A stretch of DNA of 44,024 nt, taken from the IMG/VR virus record IMGVR_UViG_3300045988_137191, one strand, 5' to 3'. Position numbers and translations under genes: made by a program. Source of the stretch: a virus. This document shows positions 1-9,437 of this stretch, in pieces; within the stretch, counting starts at the first letter, position 1, and each line of letters begins with the position of its first letter. The notes under the pieces are model-generated. The model was given only the letters and a program-made list of their open reading frames with translations. It searched no databases and was not told where the DNA came from.

Positions 1-73
1 ATTTTTTTCCCTCTGGGCTGAGTACAGCCGTACGAAACTCCACCCCGCAACGGTAGGTATAAGCGTTCCAGTA
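1..73. repeat. Terminal direct repeat, identical to 43952..44024; marks closure of a circular or terminally redundant genome unit of 43,951 bp.
   Basis: Bases 1-73 match bases 43952-44024 exactly by direct comparison. Confidence 0.9.
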
Positions 74-247
74 CCTGACTCCCATCAGGACGTGATCCTA
101 GTCAATCGGCTCCTTAGGCATGGTCTTTGTACCTATAAGGAACTCATTGACGGGACGCTGTCGTTGAAAGACGTTGTATTCTTGATGAAGTGTGCAGACT
201 GGGAAGATTACGCCACGAGCTACGTAAAAGTAATGCAGGAAGGTTAG
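2..247 (+). CDS. C-terminal extension of the tail assembly chaperone produced by a -1 frameshift (G-T type fusion), continuing from 43597..43959 across the junction.
   Basis: The -1 frame is open from the slippery T_TTT_TTT run (43953-43959, equivalent to 2-8) to a TAG at 245-247. The extension lies in the classic G / G-T / tape-measure arrangement, and the tape measure gene starts at 249. Confidence 0.5.
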   Translation, partial: FFSLWAEYSRTKLHPATVGISVPVPDSHQDVILVNRLLRHGLCTYKELIDGTLSLKDVVFLMKCADWEDYATSYVKVMQEG

Positions 248-248
248 T

Positions 249-1934
249 ATGGCTGTTGTAGACGAACTAGTCACAGTACTAAGTACTGTTCTCGGTGACG
301 GAAGCGAGAAGGCAGTAGACACCTATAAAAAGGGTCTTGATGGCGTTGTTGCGACTGTCAAAGAGGCGACAAAGCGATTCGCAATGGCGGCTACTGGCCT
401 TACTGCATTCGTAGCCGGGGCAGTCAACAGTGCGGCATCCATCCAGAAGGTATCTGAAACCACTGGTGTCAGCACTGACGCCCTTCAGGAATGGGCTTAT
501 GCTGCAAAGAGCGTAGGCGTCTCCGCGAGTGCCGTTGAAAGCGACCTCGCTAAGATGCAGAAGCAAGCTATGTGGACGGGTCGCTCACTTGAATCGTGGG
601 CGGATACGTTCAAGGGCATGAGTGCTCCTCAGGCGAATATGTGGGGTGACGCCATTGGTATCTCACCTGACACTGTTCGCCTCTTGCGTGAAGGCCGTGA
701 AGGTATAGCGGCCTTGCGCAAGGAAGCCCACGCCGTGGGCGCAGTTATTTCTCCTGAAGACCTGAAGCGGGCGGCTCAGCTAAAGATAAGCGTCATGTCC
801 CTCACGACTCAACTGCGAGCGTTTGGGACTACTATCGCTATCGGAACGCTTCCTATGATTGACAAACTGGTCACTTCCTTCAAGGAGTGGCTAAATGTCA
901 ACAAGGAATGGGTCGCAAGCAACATCACCAAGTTCCTTGAGAACCTTGGAAGGGTGTTCAATGAGCTCTGGGAAGACGGCAAGAAGCTCATTGATTGGTT
1001 TAAGGACACGCTTGGGCCTATCGGTGACATGGGCAAGAAGCTCTGGGAGGCAACCGACTGGGCAAAGCTCCTGAAGGGCGCATTAGTCCTTCTGGTGGCC
1101 TATTTCGCTCCTGCAATCGCAGCTTTTGGCTTGGCTGTAGGCGCAGTCATTGCCCTCAGCGCGGCCTTTGAAGACTTCATTGCCTTCTTGGAGGGCAAAG
1201 ACTCCATCATTGGTCGTCTGGTAGACAGCTTCCAAGAAAAGTTCCCGAACTTGGCTAACCTGCTCAAGAACGTCGTCGTTGTGGCGTTCAAGCTGGTTAC
1301 TCAGACAGCCGAAATCATGTGGGAACTGCTCAAGGATATTGCCAAGGGCATCGGTGGAGTCGTTGAGACCATCATTACCGGGGTAGACAAGGCCATTGGA
1401 GCCGCTAGGCAGTTGTTTGGGCTTGAAGACCTGAATGAAGACAAGGATCAAGGGCCTCCGCCTACTCGCCAATACAATTGGGACGGACAGCAACGCAATT
1501 ACAATCCGTATGCCAAGCCCCAAGAAGGCGAAGAGCAGTCGCAAGACCAGACTCGTCGCAACTACAATCCGTATCAGCAGACTGAACCGACAAAGCGCAA
1601 CTACAATCCTTATGCGAAGTCGGCGTCCTCTCCTGCTCCTAAGAACGTCAGTGCAAGGGTTCAGTTGGAAGAGGTTGGCAAGGAGTTAGCAAGGAACTCT
1701 ACTGCAATGCAACAGTCTGCCCATTCTGATAAGGGTCCTGTTATCATTCCTAAGACTGAGACTCGTCCTAGTGTCACAAACCGCAATCAAACGAATCAGT
1801 CTAACCTGAATGCTAACGTTAAGATTGAGGTAAGAGATCCTTCCGAGATCGGCCCTGCTCTCAAGAGCCTTGAAACAGCGTACCCTGATGCGCAGATTAA
1901 CACTCCAGGAACCTATGGACCAAGCGTAGGATAA
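249..1934 (+). CDS. Tail tape measure protein
   Basis: 561 aa. It sits directly after the chaperone and frameshift pair and before the baseplate genes. It has hydrophobic central segments, and it carries three RNYNPY repeats in a Gln/Pro-rich stretch. Confidence 0.65.
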   Translation: MAVVDELVTVLSTVLGDGSEKAVDTYKKGLDGVVATVKEATKRFAMAATGLTAFVAGAVNSAASIQKVSETTGVSTDALQEWAYAAKSVGVSASAVESDLAKMQKQAMWTGRSLESWADTFKGMSAPQANMWGDAIGISPDTVRLLREGREGIAALRKEAHAVGAVISPEDLKRAAQLKISVMSLTTQLRAFGTTIAIGTLPMIDKLVTSFKEWLNVNKEWVASNITKFLENLGRVFNELWEDGKKLIDWFKDTLGPIGDMGKKLWEATDWAKLLKGALVLLVAYFAPAIAAFGLAVGAVIALSAAFEDFIAFLEGKDSIIGRLVDSFQEKFPNLANLLKNVVVVAFKLVTQTAEIMWELLKDIAKGIGGVVETIITGVDKAIGAARQLFGLEDLNEDKDQGPPPTRQYNWDGQQRNYNPYAKPQEGEEQSQDQTRRNYNPYQQTEPTKRNYNPYAKSASSPAPKNVSARVQLEEVGKELARNSTAMQQSAHSDKGPVIIPKTETRPSVTNRNQTNQSNLNANVKIEVRDPSEIGPALKSLETAYPDAQINTPGTYGPSVG

Positions 1935-1935
1935 C

Positions 1936-2514
1936 ATGATAGCAGACAACTATGAAGCCACTACCGTCTTCACTAGCGAAGACACTGGGATTGTGAGACA
2001 AGGCTCTGTGGTGGCTGGCGTTTCTGTGTCTGTAAAAGAGGCGGAAAGTCACAGCTTCACCTCTCAAATGACCGACATACCCTTGGAATCAGGGGCGATC
2101 GTGTCAGATCACGTTATACTGCAGCCTGAGCAGTTGTCCGTGTCCATTGCGATGACCAACACCAGTGAAAACGGTGATAACTTTTCAGCTTTCGACCAGT
2201 TTTACGAAATGTTGAACAGCCGCGAGCCTGTAGAAGTTATCACTGAGCACTGGATCTATACTAATATGGTGTTGATTTCGTTCACACCTAACCATACGGC
2301 ACCGTTCAGACAAGCGTATACAGCTGAATGCGTCTTCAAGAAAGCCAACATGGTCACGTTGAACGTAGTCGGCAAGTCTCCTACCAAGTTAAAAGGCGGG
2401 GCAAAGAAGACTGGAAGCGGCACAGTCAACGCTGGAACAGTGGAATCAGGCAACGCAAGCGACGCCGATAAGTCACAAGCCGCTGTTTGGTACGATACGA
2501 TCAAGAAGGGGTAG
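1936..2514 (+). CDS. Tail or baseplate-associated protein, function unknown
   Basis: 192 aa. Its start is coupled to the tape measure stop, and it lies between the tape measure and the baseplate hub. Confidence 0.4.
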   Translation: MIADNYEATTVFTSEDTGIVRQGSVVAGVSVSVKEAESHSFTSQMTDIPLESGAIVSDHVILQPEQLSVSIAMTNTSENGDNFSAFDQFYEMLNSREPVEVITEHWIYTNMVLISFTPNHTAPFRQAYTAECVFKKANMVTLNVVGKSPTKLKGGAKKTGSGTVNAGTVESGNASDADKSQAAVWYDTIKKG

Positions 2515-2517
2515 CGG

Positions 2518-2901
2518 ATGCCTGTAATCGAACTGCCTTTGACCTCAGACGGCGAAAGAAAGTTCACAACTGAAATTGCAGGGGTGAGCTACCTCTTTCG
2601 TACTACTTACGTGATGGGTCAGCAGAATCATTGGGTTTTGGATATATTTGACGCAAATGAGAACCCGTTGGTGTACGGAGTCAACATCGTAACGGGGTCT
2701 CTCAACCTGCTCAAGGGCTATGGGAGCGTGTTTGACGAAATTCACTTGTTAGCCGTTCCTATCTATAATGAGGATCCTTCTGGCCCTGAAGCGTTGGGCA
2801 CGGTGCTGAAGGTTCTTTGGTACACAGAAGGCGAGGATTTTCCCTTCAGTCTTGGGGATCCCCTGATTGACATTAATCTCCTCTTAAACATTTTCGAGTA
2901 A
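2518..2901 (+). CDS. Hypothetical tail protein
   Basis: 127 aa, tightly packed within the tail module. Confidence 0.35.
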   Translation: MPVIELPLTSDGERKFTTEIAGVSYLFRTTYVMGQQNHWVLDIFDANENPLVYGVNIVTGSLNLLKGYGSVFDEIHLLAVPIYNEDPSGPEALGTVLKVLWYTEGEDFPFSLGDPLIDINLLLNIFE

Positions 2902-2905
2902 TCCA

Positions 2906-3811
2906 ATGGCTGACAGCGAAAATAGACCTTGGCTACGTAAAGTCCTTGTTACGTTAGGGCCTCTCGCTGAATGGCAAAACAAGTCAGCGGGATCCACTGT
3001 TCAATTTGCCAGTGACGGCACAATGAACGGTCTTCGCGTATCCGCTAATATACAGAAGACCCTGATGGGACTTCCTTCTCCTTCTACCATCAAGGTGTAT
3101 AACCTTTCGGACGACACAAGGAACGCAGTAAAGAAAGGGCTCACCAAGCTGACTTTGCAAGCTGGTTGGGAAAACACCAACATGGCTACCATCTACAAAG
3201 GCTCTATCATGAACGTCCAGAGTGAGCGAGCAGGAGCGGACATCATCACGTCGTTCCTTGTTCTCCCTGGATTTGGAGCCTTGGCTATGGGAGCCTCCAG
3301 CGTTACTTTTGGCCCAGGAACGTCCATTTCAGCCGCCGCTGGTCAGCTTGGCAAGGACCTCCCCGGAATCACAGTGAACCCTGAGAGCTTCCAAGGCGTA
3401 GAGGGGAACATTGGAGGAAAGGGCTGGAGCTACGCGGGATCTACCAAAGACGGTCTTAATCGTTTGGCAGAAGAATACGGCTTTTCTTGGTCAGTTCAGG
3501 AAGGCACCCTCAAGTGCGTGGGAGACAAGTTCATGCTCGGCTCCTCAGTGGAGCTCAATGGAGACAATGGCGGTCTGATTAACATCTCTCCAATCCTATC
3601 AGGGCCTCTTCAGTGGACTACCGGGGTTAAGATTAAGGCGTTGTACGTGCCGGGCATCACAGTAGGCTCCTCTGTGAAGGTGTCCAGCAAGCTGAACAAA
3701 AGCCTCTCGGGAACGTATCGTGTTCATACCATTGGAATTGACTTGGATACGTACTCCTCCAACTGGACGATGGATATTGAAAGCTACAAGCTAGGCGTTA
3801 AGGTGAAGTAA
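2906..3811 (+). CDS. Baseplate hub / tail protein (P2 gpD or Mu gp44-like)
   Basis: 301 aa, immediately upstream of the V-like spike gene. The call rests on position in a synteny typical of Mu/P2 myoviruses. Confidence 0.4.
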   Translation: MADSENRPWLRKVLVTLGPLAEWQNKSAGSTVQFASDGTMNGLRVSANIQKTLMGLPSPSTIKVYNLSDDTRNAVKKGLTKLTLQAGWENTNMATIYKGSIMNVQSERAGADIITSFLVLPGFGALAMGASSVTFGPGTSISAAAGQLGKDLPGITVNPESFQGVEGNIGGKGWSYAGSTKDGLNRLAEEYGFSWSVQEGTLKCVGDKFMLGSSVELNGDNGGLINISPILSGPLQWTTGVKIKALYVPGITVGSSVKVSSKLNKSLSGTYRVHTIGIDLDTYSSNWTMDIESYKLGVKVK

Positions 3812-4614
3812 TGGCTGACTACTCAAAGACCTCTCCCAACGAGTCCCAGCGTCTGGTTATTCAGCGCATGTTGGATTCCATGGACATAGCCAAACCTTGC
3901 ATCATCAAGGAGGTCAAACCGGGCCCTCCCTTGAAGGTCACGGTTCAGCCCACTGAACGCATGAAGATCACCATTGGGCAAGAGACCAAGTACATGGCTC
4001 TTCCTGAGATCAACGACGTTCCTGTCATTCTTCCTTGCGCTCAAACCGCTGGATTCCTACTCACTTTGCCATTGAAGCCGGGAGACACGGGTCTGCTCAT
4101 AGTGGCTGATAAGGACATAACGAATTTCGTTGCCTCTGGGAACATTAACGATCCTCCTGTTGGTTCTGACCCTTACGTGTCCAATGTAAGGAAGAGGTCG
4201 CTCACTGACGTAATCTTCATTCCCGGTCTTTCCAGTGATCAGGTTGCTATTCAAAGTTACAACACTGAGAACATTGAGTTAAGGGACTTGACCCGCACGT
4301 CCTACATCAGCTTAGGGCCTGATGGTATCACGATGACAGACGGACAAGCGGTCTATTCGATGAAAGGTGGATCCGTAACAACTACGGCTCCGGGTACAGT
4401 TGCCACCCAAGCCGATGGAGCAATATCCATGAACACAAGCTCCACCTGCACTATTTCAAGCTCCAACATGGAGCTCAGCGGATCGGGCAACACGATTCAG
4501 GGCAACATTACTCAGCGGGACGGCACGTTCACTGACGGCAACGGCAAGAACTCGTCCTCTCACAGACACACCGGTGTTGAATCTGGCGCTGATACGTCAG
4601 GGCCTGTCGCATAA
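3811..4614 (+). CDS. Baseplate assembly / spike protein (gpV-like)
   Basis: 267 aa. Its N-terminal OB-like region is followed by a Ser/Thr/Gly-rich C-terminus. It sits upstream of the W-like and J-like genes. Confidence 0.5.
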   Translation: MADYSKTSPNESQRLVIQRMLDSMDIAKPCIIKEVKPGPPLKVTVQPTERMKITIGQETKYMALPEINDVPVILPCAQTAGFLLTLPLKPGDTGLLIVADKDITNFVASGNINDPPVGSDPYVSNVRKRSLTDVIFIPGLSSDQVAIQSYNTENIELRDLTRTSYISLGPDGITMTDGQAVYSMKGGSVTTTAPGTVATQADGAISMNTSSTCTISSSNMELSGSGNTIQGNITQRDGTFTDGNGKNSSSHRHTGVESGADTSGPVA

Positions 4615-4624
4615 GGATCGCTAT

Positions 4625-5002
4625 ATGTCATGGGACTTCCGACTTAATGAAAATTGGGATCTATCGCCTGGCGAAGTGACCGGGTCTGATGAAGTCATGC
4701 AAAGGCTTAAGATGAGGCTTCTTCGCGAGTTGGGAGAATGGTTCTTAGACACAACAGCGGGACTCCCTTGGTATCAGGATGGTCATGGCATGCTGGGAGC
4801 CAAAATGTCCCAGCAGAACAACGTTCTCTTGCTCATTCGCCGTTGCGTTATGGGCACGGAAGGCGTAAAGACCATTGAAAAGCTCACCACCAGATACATA
4901 CTGGGCAACAGAACCTTCTCTGTATACATCAGGGTAATCCTTACAGATCGCACTGTGAGAGAGCTTACTTTGCCCGTCACCGCTTCAACCTTTGCAGCGT
5001 AG
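4625..5002 (+). CDS. Baseplate wedge protein (GPW / gp25-like)
   Basis: About 125 aa counted from the Met at 4625 (the ORF track gives 4574..5002, 142 aa), which has an AAGGA ribosome-binding site (4608-4612). The sequence SWDFRLNENWDL...RLLRELGEWFLD is typical of the family. Confidence 0.55.
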   Translation: MSWDFRLNENWDLSPGEVTGSDEVMQRLKMRLLRELGEWFLDTTAGLPWYQDGHGMLGAKMSQQNNVLLLIRRCVMGTEGVKTIEKLTTRYILGNRTFSVYIRVILTDRTVRELTLPVTASTFAA

Positions 5003-5010
5003 GATCAATT

Positions 5011-6228
5011 ATGGCTAACTTTGAATACGGAATGCTTTCCCAAGGGTTCGTTCCTAAGCGTCTTGTTGACATCAACAATGACATGCTGGAACGAGTTGAG
5101 GCCATTCAAGACCCGAAGACAGGTGAGTTCCCTTTCGCCAATGCGTCTGGTGATACAATTCTTACTCAACTTGTAGGCATCTTTTCCAACGCTCTGTCTG
5201 AGTGCTGGGAAGCGGCCTATGACGCCAGCATACAATTCAACCCGTTGTACAACACCGGGGCAGGTCAGAGCGGCACTGTTCAGTTGAACGGTATCGTGCG
5301 CAAGCCGGAAAGCGAAACGATTATCATTTGCACCTGCTCTGGTGCTGCTGGAACGCTAATTACTCAAGGTTCACTCATTGGAGACCGACAGGGCACGAAC
5401 AGCTATCAGGCTATGGCTAATTATATCATTGGAACCAACGGAACCGTTGAAGGCCGCTTCCAATGCACGACAAAGGGTGCGATTGACCCTGCTGTTGGTT
5501 CTATCAATACGATACAAACCGCTACGGCGGGATGGTACAGCGTATCAAACACGTCCACCAGTTCAGTCGGTACGCCTGAGGAAACTGATGATGAGCTCAG
5601 GAAGCGTCAGCAGTTGTCCACCAGCCTCACCAGCTACCGTCAGATTGAGGCAATTTACTCGGCAATCATTGCCGTAGACGGCGTTACCTACTGCCGGGTC
5701 TACCAGAATGCTTTGACCAATCCTGAGGACTCCAGAGGCATTCCTTACAAGGAAATTTCCCCTGTGGTAGTGGGCGGAGAACCAGAGGACATTGCCAACG
5801 CCATGTTCTTGCGCATGCCTGTAACGATCCAAGGCTGCGGCAACACCCTTGTGACTTTGAGGGACAGACAGAACCAGCCTTACAACATCAGGTTCGTGCG
5901 TCCTACGAGGGTTCCCATTTTCGTGGATATCACCATACGTGTCACCGACTCTGCAGTCTTCCCGAGTAACTACGCCGAATTGATCAAACAGAGCATTGTT
6001 GATTACTCTGTTTATGATATCACGGCAAATACAGGCTTCCCTCCCGGCGAGCCTGTTATCAGAACAAGGCTCTTCACGCCTATTAACGATGCGTGCAACG
6101 GCTTCTCGATCGTGAACATGACCATTGGAACGTCAGCAGAAGCTCAAGGCAAGGTGGACATTCCAATCGATTGGAACGAGGCGTCCGAATTCACGGTTGA
6201 TAATATCACCGTAACCTTGGTGGACTAG
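5011..6228 (+). CDS. Baseplate J-like protein
   Basis: 405 aa. It lies directly after the gp25-like gene, and it shows J-family character, for example YRQIEAIYSAI...VTYCRVYQN. Confidence 0.65.
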   Translation: MANFEYGMLSQGFVPKRLVDINNDMLERVEAIQDPKTGEFPFANASGDTILTQLVGIFSNALSECWEAAYDASIQFNPLYNTGAGQSGTVQLNGIVRKPESETIIICTCSGAAGTLITQGSLIGDRQGTNSYQAMANYIIGTNGTVEGRFQCTTKGAIDPAVGSINTIQTATAGWYSVSNTSTSSVGTPEETDDELRKRQQLSTSLTSYRQIEAIYSAIIAVDGVTYCRVYQNALTNPEDSRGIPYKEISPVVVGGEPEDIANAMFLRMPVTIQGCGNTLVTLRDRQNQPYNIRFVRPTRVPIFVDITIRVTDSAVFPSNYAELIKQSIVDYSVYDITANTGFPPGEPVIRTRLFTPINDACNGFSIVNMTIGTSAEAQGKVDIPIDWNEASEFTVDNITVTLVD

Positions 6229-6231
6229 CAT

Positions 6232-6966
6232 ATGGCTGCAACTGAAAAGCTAAACGTAGACTTCTCCAAGGAGCGAATCGACCTTGTAAAGCAGGGGACT
6301 GGACTGGCGTTGTCTCAGTTCAGTAACTCTTGCATGTTAGGTCAGTTCTTCGCGGCCTTCCTTGAAGAGTCTCAGGAACTGTTCGACAGTATCCTTGCGA
6401 TGGAAGAAGGTCGTACGCTGTATGCAGCCAAGGGCAGCAATCTTGATGCCTTGGGTCGCATAGTAGGGGAGCCAAGAACGGCGTTTCAGTACAGTGACCT
6501 TAGCTACATGTGGGCAGATAGAAATTCACAAGGGGTAGATAAGATTGAAGTATGGGTTACAAACGCAACTTTGTCTAGCAAAGTAATCCCTAACGACTCA
6601 ACTTATCGCAACAGAATACTAGGCAAGATTCTTAAAAATTTCACATTAGCTGCGTCTGTTCCAGAAATTTTGAATCTCATTTCAAATTTGTACGGTTATG
6701 ATGTTAGTTTTGTGAAAAAAGGCCCTTTCACTATAGACTTGATGCTGCCCTCAACAATAAGCACTACAGTATACTTGGCTTTGACCAGATTCTTTGATGA
6801 TTTAACAGTAGAGCGCAACTGTTACGTAAGCTATCCAGCCACCTTGTCTATTGAAGATGTGATATTTGCTCCCAAGAACTACTTTTGTGCTGACCGAATG
6901 GGAGGTCAGCAGTGTGACTCAGGCAGAGCTGGAGTCACTACTCATAAATACATCAAGGAGAATTAA
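6232..6966 (+). CDS. Tail protein I (P2 gpI or Mu gp48-like)
   Basis: 244 aa, following J and preceding the fiber. Its C-terminal half is conspicuously AT-rich. Confidence 0.5.
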   Translation: MAATEKLNVDFSKERIDLVKQGTGLALSQFSNSCMLGQFFAAFLEESQELFDSILAMEEGRTLYAAKGSNLDALGRIVGEPRTAFQYSDLSYMWADRNSQGVDKIEVWVTNATLSSKVIPNDSTYRNRILGKILKNFTLAASVPEILNLISNLYGYDVSFVKKGPFTIDLMLPSTISTTVYLALTRFFDDLTVERNCYVSYPATLSIEDVIFAPKNYFCADRMGGQQCDSGRAGVTTHKYIKEN

Positions 6967-6968
6967 GC

Positions 6969-8075
6969 ATGTCAAACCAAGACAGAGTCAACTTCGTTTG
7001 GGCGGAAACTGCGCTCACGACTATTCCTCCTGTTCCGGTATCCGAGGTCGCGTATAGAGACACTACGCAGACCCCTGAACAGATGGAAGTAGGTCAGCAA
7101 TACGACACAATTTACAATTCCGCTCGTCATAACCAACTGCTATTTCTCATTACTTCAGTTGCAAAGACCTTGTGTGAAAACGGCATAATGCCTTTCCTTG
7201 CGGGTCAGGCGTACGCGCAATACGCTCGCTGTATTTTTACCGATGGTTTGTTGTACAAAGCTTCTCGTGCTATCCTAGCTAACGAGCAGCCGTATCCCAC
7301 ACCTGGAGATGCCTCCGGTGTGTGGACAGTAGAAACAGATGAGCACCTTGTTCCGGATTCTCGGCATGTTATCGCTGGAACCGGGCTCACTGGCGGGGGC
7401 CCGCTCTCCGCTGATGTGACTCTCGCTGCGAAGCTGACGGACAGCGTGAGTCTGGCGGATTCGACGACTGCGGCGTCCGCGAAGGCTGTAAAAGCAGTGT
7501 ACGACAGATTGGAAGCCTTACGCGTCTCTTTCCTCGGCGTCCCGCGCTACTGGCGCTCGACGACTCTCCCCGCAAACCACGTATGGGCGAATGGGGACCT
7601 CGTCCTGTTCTCCGACTGGCCTGAGCTGAAAAAAGTTTATGATGCTGGTGGGTTCACAGGAATGTTGCTCGCCTACAACGCCAATGCAGCAACCATCGCC
7701 GCTAACCTCGGAAAATGGCGACCAAATGCCGCTAACCCTACGGGATTATACGTTCCTAAGCTAGGCGACCAGTTTTTCCGAGCTTGGACGGGGGCGGGGA
7801 GTGCTGGAGGGCACAACGCTCCGGGGGTGCCTAATATTTTAGGCTCTTGGTCTGGGTGGAACGTACTGTCGATAGAACAAGGCACAACCAATGGAGCCTT
7901 TCAATCGCACTGGGCACCCAATGGAGTTGTCGCTGCGGAAACGAAGGTTGCTGGAGTCTGGGATAGTCTGCATATCGATGCATCCAGATCTAACCCGCTC
8001 TACGGCTCGTCTACTACTGTCATGCCTGAATCTATCAACCTTCCTGTGATCTTGTATCTTGGTCTTACCACTTAG
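6969..8075 (+). CDS. Tail fiber protein
   Basis: 368 aa. It has a conserved N-terminal anchoring region and a GC-rich distal part, and it is followed by a tail-fiber assembly gene. Confidence 0.55.
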   Translation: MSNQDRVNFVWAETALTTIPPVPVSEVAYRDTTQTPEQMEVGQQYDTIYNSARHNQLLFLITSVAKTLCENGIMPFLAGQAYAQYARCIFTDGLLYKASRAILANEQPYPTPGDASGVWTVETDEHLVPDSRHVIAGTGLTGGGPLSADVTLAAKLTDSVSLADSTTAASAKAVKAVYDRLEALRVSFLGVPRYWRSTTLPANHVWANGDLVLFSDWPELKKVYDAGGFTGMLLAYNANAATIAANLGKWRPNAANPTGLYVPKLGDQFFRAWTGAGSAGGHNAPGVPNILGSWSGWNVLSIEQGTTNGAFQSHWAPNGVVAAETKVAGVWDSLHIDASRSNPLYGSSTTVMPESINLPVILYLGLTT

Positions 8076-8405
8076 GCCGGGAGGCCAAGATATATACACA
8101 CGGGGAGCGCGACATTGACCGGGCGGTTTTCTTCGGCTGTCGGGACCACACGAGACGACTCAAAAGACAGACCTCCTGACGCTTCTGTTTCATATGTTAT
8201 AAGTGTCAGAGGACCGATCAGTGTATGCCAAGAAAAAGCGCCCTCGGCTTGTGCGCCAATCTGATTTGTCGAAAGATATGGAGCGTTCGCTGAGATATTA
8301 CGTGCAGCATCTCCCTGCGCCGAGCCCGCCTCCCGGCCCGCCCCCCTGCCCCCAAGCTCGGAAAAACTTTTTGTGACAATAAAACTATAAATAAAGGAAC
8401 AAGAT

Positions 8406-8966
8406 ATGACGATACCTCAGATGTATATGTATGACTTGAAGACCGGAGAATACACCGGCAGCCGTGATGCCACTCGGCGTCCGAACGGCGAGTATATACT
8501 GGAAGCGACCGGCGCGACATCTGTTGCTCCGCCCGCTGTCATTCCTACGGGGCAGACTGCCCGCTGGACCGGGGATGCGTGGGAGACGGTTGAGGACCAT
8601 CGCCAGCACATGGACGAGCGCGGGCGGAAAGAAGGCGGGACGCAGTACTGGCTTCCCGGCGATACGTGGCGTTCCGAGCCCCGGTATACGGAGGAGCTTG
8701 GCCCGCTTCCCGCTGAGGCAATTTTGACAAAACCGGAAAAACCAGCGCCCACCATCGAAGAACTTACTGTAAGTGTACGCACAGAGCGTAATAAGCGCAT
8801 TGCTGCAACCGACTATCTCGTCATGCCAGACTATCCGATCTCTCAAGAAAAGCTTGAAGAGATCAAGGCGTACCGCCAAGCCTTGCGCGACCTTCCTCAG
8901 GAACCGGGTTTTCCGTGGAATAGTCCGGATGATCCGGCTTGTCCGTGGCCTGTACTTTCGTTGTAA
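8406..8966 (+). CDS. Tail fiber assembly protein (Tfa-type chaperone)
   Basis: 186 aa. The C-terminal DYLVMPDYP...AYRQALRDLP signature of Caudovirales tail-fiber assembly proteins is present. An AAGGAA ribosome-binding site and a TATAAAT element lie just upstream. Confidence 0.65.
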   Translation: MTIPQMYMYDLKTGEYTGSRDATRRPNGEYILEATGATSVAPPAVIPTGQTARWTGDAWETVEDHRQHMDERGRKEGGTQYWLPGDTWRSEPRYTEELGPLPAEAILTKPEKPAPTIEELTVSVRTERNKRIAATDYLVMPDYPISQEKLEEIKAYRQALRDLPQEPGFPWNSPDDPACPWPVLSL

Positions 8967-8980
8967 CTATCTAACAAACA

Positions 8981-9015
8981 AAAACCCTCACAAGTATTGC
9001 TTGTGAGGGTTTTTG
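8981..9015. terminator. Bidirectional rho-independent terminator between the converging late and early operons
   Basis: AAAAACCCTCACAAG-tattgc-CTTGTGAGGGTTTTTG is a perfect 13-bp stem flanked by A and T tracts. Confidence 0.8.
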
Positions 9016-9169
9016 TTTTATGTCATTACGATGCCAGTTACATAACCAAACAACCAAGTTACCACAGCCACACTTATCACTGTTTGTTCACTGACGCAAT
9101 TACCTCGCTTGTCAGCGAAGAACAGTGTGACAAGTCCAATCAGGACAACCAGAATAGGAAGCGCGTGTT

Positions 9170-9328
9170 TCATTGCTTCCACAACAGTCCTGTTACTGTT
9201 CCAATAATGTATACCAACGTCCAGAGAAGAATTAACGCCAAGAGAAGAATTTGATCTCTTTCTTTGGGAAAGTTAAAGGCGCACCCAATGAACAGTGCTA
9301 ACTGCAAAAGCACGACAATCACAAACAT
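9170..9328 (-). CDS. Possible small two-pass membrane protein (about 52 aa, counted from an internal Met)
   Basis: MFVIVVLLQLALFIGCAFNF...LLLALILLWTLVYIIGTV shows two hydrophobic helices. The ribosome-binding site is weak, and the longer ORF would overlap the polymerase gene. Confidence 0.2.
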   Translation of the reverse strand: MFVIVVLLQLALFIGCAFNFPKERDQILLLALILLWTLVYIIGTVTGLLWKQ

Positions 9329-9437
9329 ACGCCTATCCCTATTCCTATCAAGAGACCAACTCCAAAGAATAGAGCGGCAAAGGCCGTAAGTGCGATCTTT
9401 ACAGAGTGGATGTCTCTCTTCGTAAGCTGCTCTTCCA

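Noticed and set aside
6969-8405. A diversity-generating retroelement (DGR) targeting the tail fiber C-terminus.
   Set aside because: No reverse transcriptase gene occurs anywhere in the window. The intergenic segment has no template-repeat-like similarity to the 3' end of the fiber gene.
8218-8879. Several overlapping ORFs of 100-164 aa on both strands within the intergenic segment and the GC-rich chaperone gene.
   Set aside because: They are Arg/Pro/Ala-rich artefacts of high GC. They lie antisense or out of frame to the motif-supported tail-fiber assembly protein.
8997-9254. An 85-aa ORF on the + strand beginning inside the bidirectional terminator.
   Set aside because: It starts within the terminator hairpin, has no ribosome-binding site, and lies antisense to the more plausible small membrane ORF.
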